Assembly (NCBI GenBank): GCA_963701985.1
Contig: OY969691.1
Location: 191,629-255,628, forward strand
Source of the DNA: an uncultured Coriobacteriia bacterium
Lineage (GTDB): Bacteria; Actinomycetota; Coriobacteriia; Anaerosomatales; PALSA-660
Direction of reading: 5' to 3'
DNA length: 64,000 nucleotides
This document shows, piece by piece, positions 59,133 to 64,000 of the stretch. The notes beneath the pieces were generated by a model that worked only from the letters and a program-made list of their open reading frames with translations, did not search any database and was not told the origin of the DNA. How positions within the stretch are numbered: the first letter of the stretch is position 1; each line of letters opens with the position of its first letter. A program made the translations under genes and the position numbers.

Positions 59133-60416
59133 GTGAACGTCATAGTCAGCATCGTGGCCGTCGTGTTCGTGCTCGCCGTCCTCGCCTCGACGTCGGTCCT
59201 GTCCGCGGCCGAGAGCGCCGTGCGCACGGTGCCGCGCGTGCGGGCGCGGCGGCTGGCCGAATCGGGCGGCGCCCGGGGTGCGGCGTTCGAGGGGCTGTCG
59301 GAGCGGCCGAGCCGGCTGATGTCCGCGCACGCGGCTGTCCTCGTGTTCGGAGTGGGACTCGGCACCGGCGCCGTCACGTCGGACCTCGCGGTCATCTGGC
59401 AGGGGGTCCCGGTCTGGACGGACGCCTGCGTCGCCTTCCTCGTCGTGTTCGTGCTGGTCTTCGCGTTCGGCGAGGCCCTTCCGCGCGCCGTGGCGCTCTC
59501 GAATCCGGAGGGCGTGGGGCTCGCTTCCGCACGGGCGGCGGGCTGGCTCGCGAGGATCGGCTACCCGATCGCGCGCTCCATCTCGACGCCCCTCGTGCGC
59601 GTCGTCTCGCTCGTGAGCGGGGAGCGCGGCGCCGACGTCCCGTGGCTCGAGCCCGGGGAGGAGCACCGCTTCGGCGCGACGGACGAGGAGGAAGCCAGCC
59701 GGGAGGCCGAGGAGGAGGACCTTATGGAGGCCGTGTCGGGCCTTCACGAGAAGATCGTCCGCGAGATCATGATCCCGCGGACCGACATGGTCGCCATCGA
59801 GGACACAGCGACGTTGGCGGAGACCCTGCGAACGATCACCGCGGCGGGGGTCTCACGAGTGCCGGTGTATCACGAGACGCTGGACGACATACGCGGCATC
59901 CTGTACGCCAAGGACCTGCTGCCGCGGATCGGGGCCGAGGAGACCGGCGTGCTGCCGGCGGATCTGGCCAGGCCCGCGCTGTTCGTGCCGGAGACGAAGC
60001 CCGTCGAGGAGCTTCTGGGGGAGATGCGCCGGCGAACCCACATCGCCATCGTCGCGGACGAATACGGCGGCACGGCGGGCCTCGTCACCATCGAGGATCT
60101 GCTCGAAGAGATCGTGGGCGAGATCTACGACGAGTACGATCCGCTCGTCTCGCTGATCACGGAGCTTCCCGACGGGCGCTACCGCGTCGACGCGAGGCTC
60201 GCGATCGATGAGTTCGACGAGCGCTTCGGCACGTCGCCCGAGGTCGAGGCCGACACCGTCGGCGGGCTGTTCACCGAGCTCGCGGGGCATATCCCCGTGG
60301 TCGGAGAATCCGTCGAGGTCGAAGGCGTCAGGCTGACCGTGGACGACGTGCAGGGCAATCGCGTGAAGCAGCTCATCATCGAGCTGGTCCCGACGGAGGA
60401 GGCGGCCGATGAGTGA
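59133..60416 (+). CDS. CNNM/CorC-family membrane protein (DUF21, CBS pair, CorC_HlyC domains)
   Basis: 427 aa with a four-TM DUF21 domain, a CBS pair ([11 protein letters not shown]...[19 protein letters not shown]) and a C-terminal transporter-associated domain. Intact. Confidence 0.85.
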   Translation: MNVIVSIVAVVFVLAVLASTSVLSAAESAVRTVPRVRARRLAESGGARGAAFEGLSERPSRLMSAHAAVLVFGVGLGTGAVTSDLAVIWQGVPVWTDACVAFLVVFVLVFAFGEALPRAVALSNPEGVGLASARAAGWLARIGYPIARSISTPLVRVVSLVSGERGADVPWLEPGEEHRFGATDEEEASREAEEEDLMEAVSGLHEKIVREIMIPRTDMVAIEDTATLAETLRTITAAGVSRVPVYHETLDDIRGILYAKDLLPRIGAEETGVLPADLARPALFVPETKPVEELLGEMRRRTHIAIVADEYGGTAGLVTIEDLLEEIVGEIYDEYDPLVSLITELPDGRYRVDARLAIDEFDERFGTSPEVEADTVGGLFTELAGHIPVVGESVEVEGVRLTVDDVQGNRVKQLIIELVPTEEAADE

Positions 60417-60831
60417 CGTGACCCAGGCGGACCTGGCGCTGCTCGCTTTCGCGCGTGAGGCGCAGGAGAAGGCGTACGCCCCGTACTCCGGGTTCCGCGT
60501 CGGCGCGGCGATATTCGCCGGCGGCGAGATCTTCCAGGGCTGCAACGTGGAGAACGCGGCGTTCGGCGAGAGCCTGTGCGCCGAGCGAGCGGCCGCGGTG
60601 TCCGCGGTGTGCGCGGGCAACACCTTCTTCGACTCGATCGCGGTGGTGGGGGACTCGGAGGACCCCACCACGCCGTGCGGGTCGTGCCGCCAGTTCCTTT
60701 CGGAGTTCAATCCGGAGATGCGCGTGGTGATGGGCGGGCGGCTGGAGTACGTGCGCACCGCGAGCCTCGACGAGCTGCTGCCGGACGCCTTCGTCCGCGG
60801 CTATCTCGACCAGGAGAGTCGCGGCAGGTGA
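60409..60831 (+). CDS. cdd: Cytidine deaminase
   Basis: Contains [19 protein letters not shown] and PCGSCRQ zinc ligands. 140 aa. Confidence 0.9.
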   Translation: MSDVTQADLALLAFAREAQEKAYAPYSGFRVGAAIFAGGEIFQGCNVENAAFGESLCAERAAAVSAVCAGNTFFDSIAVVGDSEDPTTPCGSCRQFLSEFNPEMRVVMGGRLEYVRTASLDELLPDAFVRGYLDQESRGR

Positions 60832-61743
60832 GCGGCATCGATCCGCTCGCCGAGGTGCGCAGCGGCTTCGCCGCCCTGGTCGGGCGTCCGAACACGGGCA
60901 AGTCGACGCTCGTGAACGCGCTGGTGGGCAGCAAGGTGGCGATCGTCTCCGACAAGCCGCAGACCACGCGCAATCGGCTTCGCGCCGTCCTCGACCGGCC
61001 GAACGCACAGATCGTGTTCGTCGATACGCCGGGGCTGCACATCCGCACGACGCGCTCGGCGAGCAGCTCAACCGCACCGCGCTCGCCGCGCTCGGCGACG
61101 TGGACGTCGCTTGCCTCGTGATCGACTCGTCGAGCCCGGTGGGCGAGGGCGACCGCTGGGTCGCGCGCCACGTGTCGGCGGCGAAGGCGAAGAAGGTGCT
61201 GGTGATGACGAAGGCCGACCTCCTCTCGCCGGAACCGATAGAGCGCCGCGTCGAGAGGCGGCCGCGCTCGCGGACTTCGACGACGTCGTCGTCCTCTCGG
61301 CGCGGGAGGGCTTCAATCTGGAGGGGCTCGTCGCGGCGGTCACGGGCCTGCTGCCGATGGGACCCCGGTACTTCCCCCCCGGCATGACCACCGACCAGCC
61401 CGACGAGGTGCTCGTCGCGGAGCTCGTGCGCGAGAAGGTCCTGTGGTTCACGCGGGACGAGGTCCCGCACGCCATCGGCGTGGCCGTGGACGAGCTGTCG
61501 GTGGCGGAGCCGGGCGGGACGTCGCGGATCGCGGCCACGATCTACGTCGAGCACGAGAGTCAGCGTGGCATCCTCGTCGGAGCGGGCGGCGCGATGATCA
61601 AGCGCATCGGTGTCAGGGCCCGTCACGACCTCGAGACGGTGCTCGGAACGAAGGTGCGTCTGGACCTGTCGGTGAAGGTGAAGGCGGGATGGCGCCGAGA
61701 CGACGCGGCGATCGAGCGGTTCGGCTATGGAGAGGGGGGCTAG
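60828..61743 (+). pseudogene. era: GTPase Era, about 3 frameshifts
   Basis: GTG 60828 overlaps the cdd stop. [20 protein letters not shown]...DTPGLH | ...[15 protein letters not shown]...MTKADL | ...KH domain VEHESQRGILVGAGGAMIKRIG, read in three frames. Confidence 0.85.
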
Positions 61744-61748
61744 CGCGC

Positions 61749-62435
61749 ATGCGGCGTGACGAGCTCGCGGGCATGATCGACCAGACACTGCTCGACCCCA
61801 CCGTCGGCTATCGCGCGGCCAGGACCTGGCTGGAGCGGCAGCGCGACGCCGGCTTCGCCGCGCTGTGCGTGTCGCCCTTCCTGGTGCCGCTCGCGCGCGA
61901 AGTGCTGCTCGGTTCTCGCACGAAGGTGTGCACCGTCGCGGGGTTTCCGCTCGGATACGCCACCATGGAGGCGAAGGCGGGCGAGGCGCGGCGGTCGGTG
62001 TCGATGGGAGCGCAGGAGATCGACTGCGTGGTGAACGTGGCGCAACTGCTCGAAGGCGACGACGAGTACGTGCTCGCCGATGTCGGCGCGGTCGTGCACG
62101 CGGTGAAGACCGCGAGCCACGGAGGCGCGCTCGTGAAGGTGATCCTGGAGACGGGCTATCTCGACGCCGGATGCCATCGCGCGGGGCGCGTCGCTCGCGG
62201 TGCGGGCGGGCGCGGACTTCGTCAAGACGTCCACCGGGTTCGGTCCGCGCGGCGCGTAGCGTCGAGGATGTCCGCGCGATCCGTGCCGCGGTCGGCGATC
62301 GAGCTCGGGATCAAGGCCGCCGGCGGCATCCGGGACCTCGCCACCGCGCTCGCGATGATCGAGGCCGGCGCGACGCGGATCGGGACGTCCTCCGGGCTCG
62401 AGCTGCTCGCCGAAGCGGAAGGCGGCGCCCGCTGA
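61749..62435 (+). CDS. deoC: Deoxyribose-phosphate aldolase (ORF open, but about 130 nt are garbled by three +1 insertions)
   Basis: IDQTLLDP...CVSPF...KVILETGYL...IKAAGGIRD. The expected ADFVKTSTGFGPRGASVEDVRAI (with the catalytic Lys) is read in frames 1 and 2 between about 62170 and 62298. Confidence 0.8.
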   Translation: MRRDELAGMIDQTLLDPTVGYRAARTWLERQRDAGFAALCVSPFLVPLAREVLLGSRTKVCTVAGFPLGYATMEAKAGEARRSVSMGAQEIDCVVNVAQLLEGDDEYVLADVGAVVHAVKTASHGGALVKVILETGYLDAGCHRAGRVARGAGGRGLRQDVHRVRSARRVASRMSARSVPRSAIELGIKAAGGIRDLATALAMIEAGATRIGTSSGLELLAEAEGGAR

Positions 62436-62436
62436 C

Positions 62437-63191
62437 GTGCCCGCGTACCCGCTCCGCGCCCTCGTGCTGCGCAAGACGAAGCTGGGCGAGGCCGACCTCA
62501 TCCTGACGCTGCTCGCGGCCGACGGGCGCCAGGTCAGCGCGGTCGCGAAGGGGGCGCGGAAGCCGAAGAGCCGCTTCGGGGCGCGGGTCGAGCCCTTCAC
62601 GGTCCTCGACCTGCTGCTCCACACCGGACGCACCCTCGAGGTGGTCGCCGAGGCGGAGACGGTCTCGACCCACGACGCGATCCGCGGCGACTACGACCGT
62701 TCGACGGCGGCGGCCGTCATCGCGGACTTGTCGACAGGGTCTCCGTCGAGGGCCAGGCGGAGCCGCAGCTCTTCGAGATGGCCACCGTCACGCTGGACGT
62801 GATCGAGACCGCGCCGTGCGACTCGATGAGGGTGGTCGTGCTCGGCGTTCCTGGTGAAGGCGCTCGCGATGCAGGGCTACCGGCCGACACTCGACGCCTG
62901 CGCGTCGTGCGCGTCAGCCGTGAGCGGCGCGTCTTCGGCTTCTCAGCGGCGGCGGGCGGCGTGGTCTGCGACGCCTGCGCGTCGGACGAGCCGAGCGCCT
63001 TCCCGATCACCGAAGGGGCGCGCGCGGTGCTGCGCGCGCTGCTGCGCGCGCGGATGGCGGAGGTCCCCGGGCTCGGCGTGCCGGCGCCGCTGCAGGACGA
63101 GGTCCTTGGCGTGCTGCGCGGCTACCTCGCGTACCACGTGCCGGCCCGGCTGCGCGCTCTCGATTTCTACGCCGCACAGACCGCGAGCTGA
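62437..63191 (+). pseudogene. recO: DNA repair protein RecO, at least 3 frameshifts
   Basis: ALVLRKTKLGEADLILTLLAADGRQVSAVAKGARKPKSRF... | ...FLVKALAMQGYRPTLDACASC... | ...GGVVCDACAS...LRALDFY, read in different frames. Confidence 0.85.
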
Positions 63192-63239
63192 TCGCCGGGC
63201 GAGCGGAGCCGCACACGCCCGTGTGGGAAGATGTGCCGC

Positions 63240-63716
63240 ATGGAAACCATCTCGTTCGTGTCGACGCTGCGACGCTCGGACTACGTGCGCGTCGCCGCCA
63301 TCCTCATGGTCACGCACCCGCTCAGCGTGGTCGTGATGGCCGCCGGGCCGGTGCTGTGGGCCGCCGGCGCGCTCGCGGGATCCGGCGTCGTCGCACAGTT
63401 CGGACGCACGATGTCGTGGCTGGTCATCGCCGTCCCGGTCGGTTCCGTGCTCATCGGTTCGTATGCGGCGTATCGGCCGTCCGCGGGCGAGATGTACGAG
63501 ACGGCGCTGTGGGAGTTCTCGCCGGACGGCGTGTCGGTGCACCAGCACGTGAACGACGCCTTCGCGCCCTGGGAGGATTTCATGCGCTGGCGGCGCGCGG
63601 CCGGCTGTTATCTGCTGCTCACGGGGCCGCAGCGCTATGTCATCATCCCGATGCGTGACGTGCCCGCCGAGCGGCGCGCGGAGTTCGAGCAGATGCTGAC
63701 GAGGCACGTCAGGTAG
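63240..63716 (+). CDS. YcxB-like membrane protein
   Basis: Two TM helices are followed by ...WEDFMRWRRAAGCYLLLTGPQRYVIIPMRDVPAE..., the YcxB-family C-terminal pattern. ATG 63231 is an alternative start. Confidence 0.6.
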   Translation: METISFVSTLRRSDYVRVAAILMVTHPLSVVVMAAGPVLWAAGALAGSGVVAQFGRTMSWLVIAVPVGSVLIGSYAAYRPSAGEMYETALWEFSPDGVSVHQHVNDAFAPWEDFMRWRRAAGCYLLLTGPQRYVIIPMRDVPAERRAEFEQMLTRHVR

Positions 63717-63802
63717 AATGACCGAGCCCGCCGGACGTTCGTGATCGGAGCCGAAGTCGTGCGGCGGCGCACCGTCCGCCGGAAGCCGAGGATGGGTCAG
63801 AC

Positions 63803-64000
63803 GTGAAGCCGTTTTCCTTCCAGGACATCATCCTGGCGCTGTCGCGCTACTGGGCCGACCAGGGCTGCGTGCTCCTGCAGCCGTACGACACCGAGGTCGG
63901 CGCGGGGACGTTCCACCCGTACACCACGCTGCGCGCGCTCGGACCCGACGCCGTGGCGCTGCGCATACGTGCAGCCGTCGCGCCGGCCGACCGACGGCCG
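63803..64000 (+). pseudogene. glyQ: Glycyl-tRNA synthetase alpha subunit, 5' part (runs off window; one frameshift near 63950)
   Basis: GTG 63803. [44 protein letters not shown] is followed by [15 protein letters not shown] where [14 protein letters not shown] is expected. Confidence 0.8.

Noticed and set aside
63717-63802. T-box leader upstream of glyQ
   Set aside because: Only 86 nt of spacer are available, and there is no T-box sequence or specifier/antiterminator architecture.

Overview
High-GC (about 70%) Gram-positive chromosome segment, Actinomycetota-like or high-GC Bacillota-like, almost entirely transcribed on the + strand. The window has four parts. (1) 1-28.7 kb is an intact core block. 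It holds a group 3b [NiFe]-hydrogenase operon, radC-mreBCD-PBP2-rodA, a DUF697-like gene, the radical-SAM TIGR03960/TIGR03936 pair with RNase G, and rplU-rpmA-obg-proBA-nadD-yqeK-(LCP/LytR_C)-rsfS. It also holds an EamA transporter, a complete stressosome module (RsbR-S-T-X plus an RsbU-type PP2C), and tRNA-Ala(GGC). (2) 28.7-38.75 kb is an accessory island that starts at the tRNA and ends at a 15/17-nt direct repeat of the tRNA 3' half. Its first 6.3 kb is the most unusual part of the window: ten small same-strand ORFs, mostly membrane proteins, each followed by one copy of a ~65-bp imperfect-palindrome repeat. The repeat ends resemble the integron attC core sites (GCTT[C]AAC ... GTTAAGC/GTTAGGC), and its stem is maintained by compensatory substitutions. 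No integrase is present in the window, so it looks like an integron-like array lacking an integrase. I could not run an attC model, so this remains a hypothesis. (3) 38.9-41.2 kb encodes two secreted coiled-coil cell-wall proteins. (4) 41.3-64 kb is a housekeeping block: leuS, comEA, comEC, holA, rpsT, lepA, hemW, CIRCE-hrcA-dnaJ, rsmE, mtaB, phoH, an HD protein, ybeY, dgkA-PAP2, corC, cdd, era, deoC, recO, a ycxB-like gene and glyQ. More than 40 single-nucleotide frameshifts, mostly +1 insertions, break many essential genes in this block. I detect none in the first 41 kb, which points to a sequence-quality artefact rather than biology.
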